A stretch of 60,436 nucleotides of DNA, the filler included. It is 5 parts of 5 records of this genome, joined end to end, with 100 filler letters (N's around TTAATTAATTAA, not from the genome) between each part and the next. Parts side by side here need not be neighbours in the genome. Positions count along the whole stretch, not along the records: positions 17,194 to 31,274 come from DRR723986_8069; positions 31,375 to 43,430 come from DRR723986_8071; 3 more parts are not named here. One strand, 5' to 3'. Positions 28,955 through 38,667 of the stretch are shown piece after piece. Position numbers and translations under genes: made by a program. The notes below the pieces were generated by a model. That model saw only the letters and a list, made by a program, of their open reading frames with translations, was not told the origin of the DNA and searched no databases. The stretch's first letter is position 1. Every line of letters begins with the position of its first letter.

Positions 28955-30475
28955 ATGAATATGGTTGACGAATTAAAACTGGGCGTGGCCTTCCCGTTCA
29001 AAGCAAAGTACGACAACTTCATCGGCGGCAAATGGGTTGCTCCCAAAAGCGGACAATACTTTGACAACTTGACCCCAGTCACAGGCCAAGTGCTCTGCAA
29101 GGTAGCCCGATCGCAAGCCGAGGACATTGAACTGGCACTGGACGCTGCCCATGCGGCGAAAGACGCTTGGGGTAAGCGTTCACCCACAGAACGTTCCATG
29201 ATCCTGAATCGCATCGCCGACCGCATGGAGGAAAATCTGCGCTTGATCGCAGTGGCAGAAACCCTGGACAATGGCAAACCCCTGCGCGAAACCATGGCTG
29301 CAGACATCCCGCTGGCGATCGATCATTTCCGTTATTTCGCAGCCTGTATTCGCGGTGAAGAAGGCAGTATTTGCGAGATCGACCACCAAACCTACGCTTA
29401 TCACTTCAATGAACCACTGGGTGTTGTAGGGCAAATCATTCCCTGGAATTTTCCAATTCTGATGGCTGCCTGGAAGCTGGCACCTGCATTGGCTGCTGGT
29501 AATTGTGTGGTATTAAAGCCTGCAGAACAAACACCAGCGTCCCTGCTGGTGGTCATGGATTTGATTGCTGACTTGCTGCCGCCCGGCGTGCTGAACATCG
29601 TGAATGGGTTTGGACTGGAAGCTGGCAAACCATTGGCGAGCAACCCGCGAATTGCAAAAATTGCATTCACCGGTGAAACATCCACAGGTCGATTGATCAT
29701 GCAGTACGCTGCCCAAAACCTGATTCCAGTCACTTTGGAACTGGGCGGAAAATCACCCAATATTTTCTTCTCTGACATTATGGACGCCGACGATGCCTTC
29801 TTCGACAAAACCCTGGAAGGCTTTGCCATGTTTGCTTTGAATCAAGGCGAAGTATGCACGTGCCCTTCACGTGCCCTGATTCAGGAAGACATCTACGACG
29901 CTTTTATTGAACGTGCCATTGAGCGCGTGAGCAAAATCAAACAGGGCAACCCGCTGGATGAGAGCACCATGATTGGCGCACAAGCTTCTTCAGAACAACT
30001 GGAGAAAATCCTGAGCTACATCGACTTGGGCAAACAGGAAGGCGCCAAGTGCCTGATTGGTGGCGAACAAAACAAACAAAGCGGCGACTTGGCTGGTGGC
30101 TACTATGTGAAACCAACCGTATTCAAAGGCCACAACAAAATGCGTATTTTTCAGGAAGAAATTTTCGGCCCCGTGTTGTCGGTAACTACCTTTAAAGACG
30201 AAGCCGAAGCCCTGCAAATTGCCAACGACACGCTGTATGGATTGGGTGCAGGGGTCTGGAGTCGAGATGGCGCACGCGCCTTCCGCATGGGCCGTGCCAT
30301 TCAGGCTGGCCGCGTGTGGACCAACTGCTACCACCTGTATCCGGCTCATGCCGCATTTGGTGGCTACAAGCAATCGGGTATCGGCCGTGAAAACCACAAA
30401 ATGATGCTGCACCACTACCAGCAAACCAAAAACCTGCTGGTGAGCTACAACCCCAACGCACTGGGCTTTTTCTGA
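28955..30475 (+). CDS. aldB: NAD-dependent acetaldehyde dehydrogenase (AldB/ExaC/AcoD type)
   Basis: [50 protein letters not shown]. Confidence 0.92.
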   Translation: MNMVDELKLGVAFPFKAKYDNFIGGKWVAPKSGQYFDNLTPVTGQVLCKVARSQAEDIELALDAAHAAKDAWGKRSPTERSMILNRIADRMEENLRLIAVAETLDNGKPLRETMAADIPLAIDHFRYFAACIRGEEGSICEIDHQTYAYHFNEPLGVVGQIIPWNFPILMAAWKLAPALAAGNCVVLKPAEQTPASLLVVMDLIADLLPPGVLNIVNGFGLEAGKPLASNPRIAKIAFTGETSTGRLIMQYAAQNLIPVTLELGGKSPNIFFSDIMDADDAFFDKTLEGFAMFALNQGEVCTCPSRALIQEDIYDAFIERAIERVSKIKQGNPLDESTMIGAQASSEQLEKILSYIDLGKQEGAKCLIGGEQNKQSGDLAGGYYVKPTVFKGHNKMRIFQEEIFGPVLSVTTFKDEAEALQIANDTLYGLGAGVWSRDGARAFRMGRAIQAGRVWTNCYHLYPAHAAFGGYKQSGIGRENHKMMLHHYQQTKNLLVSYNPNALGFF

Positions 30476-30548
30476 GCGCGTGAATTGAGGTAGCTTGAAC
30501 CGCTCAATTCCACAGGGGTTGGGCGGTTCTTCCATTGATGTGGAGAAG

Positions 30549-30923
30549 ATGATGGCAAACCGAGTTAGCGCAAGCGCGCAAGCACTGGAATTGATCGCAA
30601 CATTGAAAGCGCAACATGGCGACGTGATTTTTCACCAAAGCGGCGGCTGTTGCGACGGCAGCGCCCCCATGCTGTTTCCGCGCTCCGATTTTCCCCTGGG
30701 CGGCGCAGATGTAAAACTGGGAGAAATTGGCGGTGTGCCGTTCTACATGAGCAAATCGCAATTCACGTACTGGGAACACACGCACCTGACGATTGACGTG
30801 GTGAAAGGCAATGGCGGCATGTTCAGCCTCGAACGCCCCAGCGGCCTACGATTCCTGACCCGTTCGCGTTTGTATTCCGATGAGGAATTTTCGGCACTGC
30901 CACCGGTGGAAGCCGTGAAGTAA
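30549..30923 (+). CDS. DUF779-family protein
   Basis: FHQSGGCCDGSAPM, QFTYWEHTHLTIDVV, RFLTRSR; usual position after aldB. Confidence 0.9.
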   Translation: MMANRVSASAQALELIATLKAQHGDVIFHQSGGCCDGSAPMLFPRSDFPLGGADVKLGEIGGVPFYMSKSQFTYWEHTHLTIDVVKGNGGMFSLERPSGLRFLTRSRLYSDEEFSALPPVEAVK

Positions 30924-31017
30924 CAGGAAATCTTGGGTGTGTAGCAAGGGTCATCCACAATTGACCCGAAATTCAGTAATGAAATAATTGCTGCTACTCC
31001 AAGCCACACCCGTCAAC

Positions 31018-31274
31018 ATGAATCAATTCAATGTGCTCTCGGAAATTCTGGGAGTCACCGCCCCTGTGTTTGCCATGGTATTCATGGGTCTGGTGCTGCG
31101 CAAAATCAATCTGATCAATGACTCCTTTATTCAGACCGCATCAACGCTGACCTACAAAGCCACCATGCCCACGCTGTTCTTCCTGTCCATTTGGCAGGCA
31201 GATCTGCAAAGCGCATTCAATGCCGAGCTGGTACTTTTTTTGTGTGCGGCCACGGTGCTTGGTTTTCTGGCCAG
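31018..31274 (+). CDS. AEC-family transporter, 5' part (truncated by gap)
   Basis: TAPVFAMVFMGLVLRK, MPTLFF hydrophobic pattern. Confidence 0.75.
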
Positions 31275-31374
31275 NNNNNNNNNNNNNNNNNNNNNNNNNN
31301 NNNNNNNNNNNNNNNNNNTTAATTAATTAANNNNNNNNNNNNNNNNNNNNNNNNNNNNNNNNNNNNNNNNNNNN
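31275..31374. other. Artificial contig junction
   Basis: N-run with TTAATTAATTAA. Confidence 0.98.
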
Positions 31375-31792
31375 AGACTTGTTCGCATTGTTCTGACACC
31401 ACCTATGGGGGGCCTCTTCAATGATAACAAAGGTTGCCTGATCCGTGTTCATATGCATGATAATCTTGTTTTGAACTTGGTCTGTTGGCGCGCGGAAGTG
31501 TTGAGCCTCTGTCAAAACAGCATAGCCGTCAAATACAGCTCATTTGGTCAGGGCAGTGTAATCAGCCGTCGCGTTTGTCGAATAGGCGGTATCCTGTCCG
31601 TCCTCTCCCTATCTGATGCTGGCCTCATAATCACAAATTCCCGGATCGTATAACAAAAAAATCGGAAAACACTTAAAAGACGAGCCTGCCATTTGAAAGC
31701 TTCTGGGCATGCTAAACAACTTTTAATTGTTCACATATAAACCTCAGATGCCTGTAGTGCGAATTGAAAAGCGCTTCGCCTCTCAGGCGATG

Positions 31793-32722
31793 TCAGTCGC
31801 TCCCAAAAATCTTTTCTAGGGCTTTTGCAGCTTTATCGTTACGGGCCTCGTCCAGTATCTCGCCAAGCAGAAATCTATCTTGTGCAGCCTCGGCGTGAGC
31901 AAAACCTATCAGTTCTTTGAAATCGCCCATTGAGGTCACTGGGTGTGGGATTTTGTTGGTCATATGACTCTTACATAGAGCAGATAGGTTTTGCCGCATT
32001 GCCTCGGTGGCGCTCATCAACGCGACCAATGGGAAGACTGCAAGTCCTGCTACCTCTTCTATCTCAGTTGGCGATAAGTCTGCCTCGAGCCATCCCAGAA
32101 TCTGCAGTGACAAAGGCACTCCGACTGCTTCGCGCAGCCTGCGAAGCCCGTCAATATCATGGAAACATCTTGATATGGGCTGAATTAAATCGGCACCAGC
32201 TGCAGCATAGAGTTTACCCCGCGCAACTGCGTCTTCTTCAGTGGTGGCATCTGTACGGGCGATTATAAGAGTGTTTGGATCGCATCGCGCTTCTACTGCT
32301 GCACGGATCTTAGCGGCGTGTTCGGCAGGTGTGATAATCTCTATTCGGCCAGCTGCTGCAGGGCAACGCTTGGGTGCTTCCTGATCCTCGAAGATCATGC
32401 CCAGTACGCCAGCCTTTTCAAAGGCACGTACTGTTCGCTGCACATTCAGTGCATTGCCATAGCCGGTGTCTGTGTCTGCGATCAGTGGTACTCCGACTGC
32501 GTCTATCATACGCGAAACCACGCCTAGGTTCTCGGTCATCGTATAGAGCTCGACATCAGGCATTCCTAGATGCGAGGCAGATACACCAAAACCAGTGCTC
32601 ATTAGCACCTCAAAGCCAGCTTGTTCTGCGAGCTTAGCCGATAGTGCGTCAAAAGCGCCAGCGGCCCACAGGGTCTCACCTGCACGAATACGTGCAGCAG
32701 CTTCCGGTTTTTTGAGCGTCAT
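31793..32722 (-). CDS. Isocitrate lyase/PEP mutase superfamily enzyme (2,3-dimethylmalate/methylisocitrate lyase-like)
   Basis: GAFDALSAK, DTDTGYG, EDQ..PKRC, IIARTDA. Confidence 0.88.
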   Translation of the reverse strand: MTLKKPEAAARIRAGETLWAAGAFDALSAKLAEQAGFEVLMSTGFGVSASHLGMPDVELYTMTENLGVVSRMIDAVGVPLIADTDTGYGNALNVQRTVRAFEKAGVLGMIFEDQEAPKRCPAAAGRIEIITPAEHAAKIRAAVEARCDPNTLIIARTDATTEEDAVARGKLYAAAGADLIQPISRCFHDIDGLRRLREAVGVPLSLQILGWLEADLSPTEIEEVAGLAVFPLVALMSATEAMRQNLSALCKSHMTNKIPHPVTSMGDFKELIGFAHAEAAQDRFLLGEILDEARNDKAAKALEKIFGSD

Positions 32723-33237
32723 TTGGCTCCCTCCTTTTCGCGAGCATGTAGATAGCCAATCAACCCACCATTGGCTAACATCATGCGGTCGCCCTGTGAT
32801 AGCGGTTCAATAGGCAGCGTTTGGCCCGAGGTGTGGTTGCGAAATTCACAAGCTTCCCAATCTACTTCAACTTCGTCCCAGCGGGAAACCGCGCTCAGGA
32901 CTCCAGGGCAAGATATTTGAGGAAAGCCCATCGCGATCTCACCGCGCCAGTAACCTGGCGAGAAACTTTCAGCGACGACAGCAGATAGGCCTAGTTCTCG
33001 CATTGCGATCATTGGCGGGTAATGCGGATGACCATAGCCGAAATTAGTGCCGCCAACTAATAAATCGCCCGGTTTCACCGTTGCGGCAAAATCGGGGTCG
33101 AAATCCCTCATAGCCACTTCGGCCAGCTTAGTTGGGTCCTTGATCTTGATATTTGCTACGCCAACTATGTCGTCTACATCAAAATCAGGTTCGGAAAATA
33201 TCCAAGCTACTCTGCCGCGCAGATTATTCAGCTTCAT
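32719..33237 (-). CDS. LeuD/DmdB-like aconitase-family small (swivel) subunit
   Basis: DFDVDDI, VKPGDLLVGGTNFGYG, VVAESF, GGLIGYL. Confidence 0.85.
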   Translation of the reverse strand: MKLNNLRGRVAWIFSEPDFDVDDIVGVANIKIKDPTKLAEVAMRDFDPDFAATVKPGDLLVGGTNFGYGHPHYPPMIAMRELGLSAVVAESFSPGYWRGEIAMGFPQISCPGVLSAVSRWDEVEVDWEACEFRNHTSGQTLPIEPLSQGDRMMLANGGLIGYLHAREKEGAK

Positions 33238-33247
33238 CGGCACCTCC

Positions 33248-34504
33248 TCAAAGGTAGTCTCGAGGGTCGACAATTTTACCCTCAATGGCTGCCGCTGCGA
33301 CAGCGGCGGCGTTAACAATGAAGATCTCACTATCGCGACTGCCCATACGGCCGCGCACGTTCAGCGTACCAGTCGAAACCGCACGCTGGCCTTCGCGCAT
33401 AACGCCCAACCGACCGAAGCAATAGTCGCAGGAGGAAGAGGTTACAAAAGCTCCCGCTGCCACGAGATCTGCAATGATACCCTCTTCTGCAGCAGCCTGC
33501 ATGATTGCCTGACTGGTTGGCACTACGTTGAGTTGGAAGCCTGGTGCGACCTGACGCCCCCTCAGCACCTGTGCAGCGGCGCGCAGGTCTTCTAGCCTTC
33601 CTGATGCGCAAGATCCGAGATAACCGACTTGCACCGCTGTGCCAATGTGGTCCGAAATGTTTTCGGTATTTGCGGGGCTTGGCGGAACCACAATAACAGG
33701 TTCTAGGTCGGTTACATCGATTTCATGAACCGCGGAGTAGGCAGCGTCTGGATCAGAAAATACGGGGTCAAGTAAGACACGCGCGCGCGGGCTGGCGTAG
33801 TCTAGTGCTTTATTGTCTGGATTAATGATCGCGGTGATGGCGCCGGTGAACATAGCAAGGCATGTGATGGCCTGCCTGCCTTCAAGTGTCAGGTTGTCAA
33901 TGACCTCTCCGCCTAGTTCTAAGACTTGGAACCGACATGAAGACGGTCCCAGCACCCGCACAATATGGTGGAAGATATCACGCGCCATCACTCCACGCCT
34001 TAGCGTGCCGGTTAAATTCACGCGTACCGTTTTGGGCACGCTGATCATAATATGTTCTTTGACAAATGCTTCGAGCAGGTGACGCCGCAGGCCAATGGCC
34101 AACGTTCCATATGTGCCTAGCTGTGATATATGACCATCGAAATGCACTGCAAATGCACCTGGCGTGGCATAACCCAGTTCGGCTGCGACCTGGTGGCCGA
34201 TGCCCTTTCGTTCGTAGACCGGCACTCCCTGTTCAGCCCCCCAATCGCGAGTGATTTGGTGCAGGTCTTCTTCGGCTGTAGTGACTGCTGGGACCATATG
34301 ATCAATGAACAGCGCATATCGCGATGGTTCTACCACGTGCTTTACACCGAACTCTTCTTTCATTTGTCGGAAGATTACATCGGTGTAACCGGGAAAGTCG
34401 TAGGCAATAACAAAATCTGGTCGGGCTCGAATATCATCTCCGGCGCGGACACTGTCGCGGTCCGCGCAGCGCGCAAGAATCTTTTCTGCAATCGTGGCGC
34501 CCAT
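33248..34504 (-). CDS. LeuC/DmdA-like aconitase-family large subunit
   Basis: TIAEKIL, IDH, GIGHQV, GSCASGR and SSCDYCFG [4Fe-4S] Cys, GRMG. Confidence 0.88.
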   Translation of the reverse strand: MGATIAEKILARCADRDSVRAGDDIRARPDFVIAYDFPGYTDVIFRQMKEEFGVKHVVEPSRYALFIDHMVPAVTTAEEDLHQITRDWGAEQGVPVYERKGIGHQVAAELGYATPGAFAVHFDGHISQLGTYGTLAIGLRRHLLEAFVKEHIMISVPKTVRVNLTGTLRRGVMARDIFHHIVRVLGPSSCRFQVLELGGEVIDNLTLEGRQAITCLAMFTGAITAIINPDNKALDYASPRARVLLDPVFSDPDAAYSAVHEIDVTDLEPVIVVPPSPANTENISDHIGTAVQVGYLGSCASGRLEDLRAAAQVLRGRQVAPGFQLNVVPTSQAIMQAAAEEGIIADLVAAGAFVTSSSCDYCFGRLGVMREGQRAVSTGTLNVRGRMGSRDSEIFIVNAAAVAAAAIEGKIVDPRDYL

Positions 34505-34569
34505 TCCATACTCCTCCCTCGTAACCAGCTCAGATTATCGGAGTAAATGCTGCTGTCAATTAATGACTT

Positions 34570-34590
34570 CAGTTTTAACTGATGAAATTA
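34570..34590. promoter_or_regulatory. Degenerate copy of the candidate IclR operator upstream of the aconitase-like operon
   Basis: cagtttta-actga-tgaaatta; right half identical to the 35451-35471 palindrome. Confidence 0.5.
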
Positions 34591-35394
34591 TTAGTGGAGT
34601 CGGTCTGAAATTTGTGAGCAGGTATCAATGACTGCGGTCAGTAATTCTGGGTGCGGTTGTCCGTCTGCGCCTGAGATCGTCGTAATCAGACCACCCACAG
34701 ACACGGCGCCTATTACATCACCCGAGGGATCTCGAACTGGGCTTGCCAGTGCTGCGAGTCCTTCTACCACGTCATCAGTGGATAGAGACCAGCCTTGCTC
34801 CCGTACTGTGGTGAGCTTGTCGCGTAATGCTATAGGGTTGGTGATGCTATGCCGGGTTAGAGCGGGTAGGGGCCCAGCCAATACTGCTTCTTGATCGGCT
34901 TTTGGCATATGAGCCAATAGTAATCGCGGTGCAGCTCCGCAGTTTAGTGGCATAGATTCGCCAACTGGCCACCATCTTACCTGGACTGGCGAATCACCGT
35001 GCTCCCTTGCAATGCAAACAGGCTTTCCATCTTGTAATACTGAAAGTAGTACAGTCAGTCCTGTGGTTTCAGCCAGGGCCCGAAGGTGATCTTGTGCTAG
35101 CTCACGGAGCGAGCGCCCCTCAGGCACGGCTGCGGCCAGCCGCATAACCTGAAGTGTTAGGTGGTAACGTCCATCTGGGGCCTGCCCTATTAACCCCTCG
35201 TCTCGCAGTGTTACCAATAGGCGTCGGGTAGTTCCTGCATCAAGTTGTGTCAGGTTTGTGATGTCGCCCAGCATCATGTGTGTGCGGCCTGGAGAAAAGC
35301 ACCGCAGGATTGCCACCGCACGTGACACTGACCGAACGCGGGCTAGTGTGGCCCCGTCGCGCATTCGCTTGCCTGTTTCTGGGGCTGTCGTCAT
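34591..35394 (-). CDS. IclR-family transcriptional regulator
   Basis: RSVSRAVAIL HTH, GAAPRLLLA, GLAALASPVRD..GAVSVGG. Confidence 0.92.
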   Translation of the reverse strand: MTTAPETGKRMRDGATLARVRSVSRAVAILRCFSPGRTHMMLGDITNLTQLDAGTTRRLLVTLRDEGLIGQAPDGRYHLTLQVMRLAAAVPEGRSLRELAQDHLRALAETTGLTVLLSVLQDGKPVCIAREHGDSPVQVRWWPVGESMPLNCGAAPRLLLAHMPKADQEAVLAGPLPALTRHSITNPIALRDKLTTVREQGWSLSTDDVVEGLAALASPVRDPSGDVIGAVSVGGLITTISGADGQPHPELLTAVIDTCSQISDRLH

Positions 35395-35450
35395 TTGTCT
35401 GCTCTCCCGCGGTTGCTTCATTCGCGTGTGTTTTAGTCAGTGTCTTGCAG

Positions 35451-35471
35451 TAATTTCAATCTATGAAATTA
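35451..35471. promoter_or_regulatory. Perfect 8-bp inverted repeat, candidate IclR operator in the divergent promoter
   Basis: TAATTTCA-atcta-TGAAATTA between iclR and dctP. Confidence 0.65.
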
Positions 35472-35550
35472 AATTTGCTAGTTGACTTAATGCTTGACCC
35501 TGCGAAAAATAGCGTCAGCCCAATCATCGGGGTGCTTAGGGAGGATCAAG

Positions 35551-36618
35551 ATGAAAAATATGAAAACTCTACTAGCAGCGACTGTCGTTGCTTTGTCCGG
35601 CCTCACGTTTTCGACTGCTGCAGATGCACAGACCCGAGAACTGCGCTTTGCCGAGTTTGGCCCCAATGCAGGTGCTCGCGCAGGTGGTATAGTATGGCTA
35701 GATGAGGAGCTGCGAAAGCGGTCGGGTGGTAAGCTTGGGCTTGATATTATATGGGGCGGCGCACTTGTTGGAGCAGCTGGTGCTGCGCAAGCTATTTCGG
35801 ATGGTGTGGCTGATATGGGGTCAATCGTCCCAGTCTATGCCCCAGGGCAACTGGTTGCCTACGAGGTCGTCGATACTGGTGAGATCTCGGACGAATTTGT
35901 TGGGATGATGGCCGCCTACGAGCTGATGACTACGCATCCAGTTGCACTTAAAGAGGCTGAAGATTTTAACGTTAAATATTTCGGAAATTACACCACGGGT
36001 CCAACCCAGCTTTTGACTCGAGATAAGCCTGTCTCCACGCTGGAAGACCTGAAGGGAATGACCATCCGGACTACCGGGGCGCATGTTCCTGCGCTCGAGG
36101 CGTTCGGAGCAGCAACTGTGTCCATGTCACAGCCAAAGGTTTACGAGGCGCTTTCGAACGGGTCTGTGGATGGATCGACTACTTATTATTATGTGGTCAA
36201 TGGCTACAAGCAATATGAAGTTGCTAACTATATGACTGAGATTAACATGGGTCAGACGCTTGGTTTTGGGATCATTATGAATCGTCAAACTTATGATAGC
36301 CTGAATCCAGAGCACCAAGCGCTTATGGATGAGCTTGGTCGGGATTTCACCATTAAGATGTCAGGGATCATGGCAAAATCTCGTGTCGACACAAAGGCTA
36401 AGTTGGCAGCAGGAATTGATGGCAAATCTGTAGAGATGCTGGATGCAGCTGCAGGCATGCGCGATGCGCTAGTTGAGGTGGCTCTGGCAGACTCGGCTAA
36501 CTGGATCAAAAAGGCTAACGATAAGGGCTTCGAGGGCGAAAAGCTGTTTAGCGAATGGATCGCACTCACAGAGAAATACGCCGCTGAAGTGCAGGCAAAG
36601 GGATATCCCTGGGACTGA
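35551..36618 (+). CDS. dctP: TRAP transporter substrate-binding protein DctP
   Basis: Signal peptide, GGALVG..DGVADMG, LEDLKGMTIR, VYEALSNGSVDG. Confidence 0.92.
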   Translation: MKNMKTLLAATVVALSGLTFSTAADAQTRELRFAEFGPNAGARAGGIVWLDEELRKRSGGKLGLDIIWGGALVGAAGAAQAISDGVADMGSIVPVYAPGQLVAYEVVDTGEISDEFVGMMAAYELMTTHPVALKEAEDFNVKYFGNYTTGPTQLLTRDKPVSTLEDLKGMTIRTTGAHVPALEAFGAATVSMSQPKVYEALSNGSVDGSTTYYYVVNGYKQYEVANYMTEINMGQTLGFGIIMNRQTYDSLNPEHQALMDELGRDFTIKMSGIMAKSRVDTKAKLAAGIDGKSVEMLDAAAGMRDALVEVALADSANWIKKANDKGFEGEKLFSEWIALTEKYAAEVQAKGYPWD

Positions 36619-36635
36619 TTGCCCACTAAACTCTT

Positions 36636-36665
36636 TGGGCGCGCGCTACATATGGCGTGCGCCCA
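36636..36665 (+). other. GC-rich hairpin after dctP (mRNA stabiliser or attenuator)
   Basis: tgggcgcgcgcta cata tggcgtgcgccca. Confidence 0.6.
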
Positions 36666-36740
36666 TTTGGCTGCACTTTGTAGTGGTCACCGAAAAATCG
36701 CCATTTCTCATTACGTGTCCCCCGAAAAGGTTTCTCATTC

Positions 36741-37283
36741 ATGACAACCAATCCAAGAGGGCTGCGCAGACTTCAGCTCGGTATTGAAGCTGCAGCTTTA
36801 TTCTTAGCCGGGCTGGTGCTTTTAAGTATGGGGTTGATAATTGTCGTGTCCATTTTGGGTAAGGTGCTGTTCTTGCGCCCAATCCCTGATGATTTGCTTA
36901 TGGTTGGTCTTCTAAATGTGGCAGTTATTGTCCTGCCGCTAGCCTACGTTGAAAGCCAGCGCGGCCACATTGCTGTGACCGTCACCACCGACTGGATGAA
37001 TGTCCGGGCCAAGGGTGCTTTGAGGGCTGTCGGTGCCTTGTCAATGGCGGTTTTTTTCGGCGGCATTGGATTTATGGTGGCGCGCCGGATGCCGAGTGAT
37101 ATCGCCCGTGGGGCTTATTATGATGGTGTACTACAAATCCCAACTTGGCCGATGAAAGCGGTGTTTGGAGCAGCTATTTTTCTATTCGTTGCTAGGCTTC
37201 TAACTAGTTTTGTAGAAGGCATTCATACTATGCGTACTGGCAGAGATGTATCTCTTGCCTCCTCACATAGCGAGGAGGTTTAG
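36741..37283 (+). CDS. dctQ: TRAP small permease DctQ
   Basis: Four TM segments, LAYVE..GHIAV. Confidence 0.9.
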   Translation: MTTNPRGLRRLQLGIEAAALFLAGLVLLSMGLIIVVSILGKVLFLRPIPDDLLMVGLLNVAVIVLPLAYVESQRGHIAVTVTTDWMNVRAKGALRAVGALSMAVFFGGIGFMVARRMPSDIARGAYYDGVLQIPTWPMKAVFGAAIFLFVARLLTSFVEGIHTMRTGRDVSLASSHSEEV

Positions 37284-37287
37284 TATA

Positions 37288-38631
37288 ATGGATCCCCTTC
37301 TCGTAGGACTTATTGCTCTTTTTGTCACAATATTTTTGTTGGCGATCCGTGTCCCCATAGCTGCAGCACTTGGCATCTCGGCGTCGATAGGCGTTTTTAT
37401 CATCTTTGCTTGGCGACCAGGCAGCGATTTTGCTGCCCAGTATGCCTGGCGACCGACGCTTTCACTGATTGCGAATGGGCCTTATGATTTTCTAAAAAGC
37501 TATAGCCTCGCGACTGTACCGCTCTTTGTGCTGATGGGGCACCTCGCTTTTGAAGCTGGGTTCACTACGGATGTATATCGTGCGGCTCGATTGTGGCTGG
37601 CGCGGTTGCCGGGGGGGGTCGCCATGGCATCCGTCGTAGGATGCGGGGGGTTTTCAGCCATCACAGGATCTTCGGTGGCTTGCGCAGCGGCAATGGGGCG
37701 CATCGCCATACCTGAGATGCTATCATTCGGCTACTCTAAGTCGTTAGCCACTGGATCGGTGGCAATCGGCGGCACTCTAGGTTCGTTAATTCCCCCCTCG
37801 ATTCTTTTCATTCTCTATGGGGTCTTTGCTGAGCAATCGATTGCACGCCTTTTCATGGCCGCAATTGTGCCAGGATTGATTTCTCTCATAGCCTATCTTT
37901 TGGTGATTTACATCTGGGTGCGCTTACGCCCGGAGGCAGCGCCGTCACCAAAAGAAAATATCACTGCCGATGAGCGATGGCGCAGCCTTGGCCAGTGCTG
38001 GTCTATCGTCACCTTGTTTGCAGTTGTTATCGGGGGCATCTATGCGGGTTTTTTTACCCCGTCTGAGGCTGCAGGTGTTGGCTCCATTTCGGCGCTCGCA
38101 TTGGGGTTGTTGCTGGGACGCCTGGACTCAGCCAAAATCGCAGCGGCTCTGCGAGAGAGCGTTTATCAATCGTCGATGATTTTTGCTATAGCTATCGCCG
38201 GCAAAATTTATGTCAGTTTTATCGCGCTGACAGGGCTTTCTGGTGCTATTGGAGACTGGATTACGTCGGTCGATATATCGATGTTCGCTGTGCTGATTGT
38301 TATCGTAGTGTTTTATCTTGTCCTTGGAATGTTCCTCGACCCTATTGGGATCATCTTGTTAACTTTGCCCCTGACCATTCCAATCGTCGAAGGTTATGGT
38401 CTTTCGTTGATCTGGTTTGGTGTGCTGGTGGTGAAGTTGCTAGAAATCGGGTTGGTGACGCCGCCTATCGGTCTCAATGTGTTTGTTATCAAGTCGATTG
38501 TGGGAGAGCGTATAAAGCTCGAAACTATATTTGCTGGGATTGCACTGTTCCTGATCGCTGAGGCCGTAGTTCTAGCCCTCATTGCTTGGATTCCGGCTTT
38601 GTCACTATGGCTGCCAGGTATTTTGATGTGA
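37288..38631 (+). CDS. dctM: TRAP large permease DctM
   Basis: VPLFVLMG, GSSVA, GGTLGSLIPPS, TPSEAA, TPPIGLNVF. Confidence 0.93.
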   Translation: MDPLLVGLIALFVTIFLLAIRVPIAAALGISASIGVFIIFAWRPGSDFAAQYAWRPTLSLIANGPYDFLKSYSLATVPLFVLMGHLAFEAGFTTDVYRAARLWLARLPGGVAMASVVGCGGFSAITGSSVACAAAMGRIAIPEMLSFGYSKSLATGSVAIGGTLGSLIPPSILFILYGVFAEQSIARLFMAAIVPGLISLIAYLLVIYIWVRLRPEAAPSPKENITADERWRSLGQCWSIVTLFAVVIGGIYAGFFTPSEAAGVGSISALALGLLLGRLDSAKIAAALRESVYQSSMIFAIAIAGKIYVSFIALTGLSGAIGDWITSVDISMFAVLIVIVVFYLVLGMFLDPIGIILLTLPLTIPIVEGYGLSLIWFGVLVVKLLEIGLVTPPIGLNVFVIKSIVGERIKLETIFAGIALFLIAEAVVLALIAWIPALSLWLPGILM

Positions 38632-38667
38632 CACGTTAAATCTTGAATCTTTGGGGAAGAAAGACGA

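Noticed and set aside
32719-34504. Housekeeping leuCD
   Set aside because: Catalytic motifs are divergent, there is no leuB, and the context is catabolic (TRAP/IclR).
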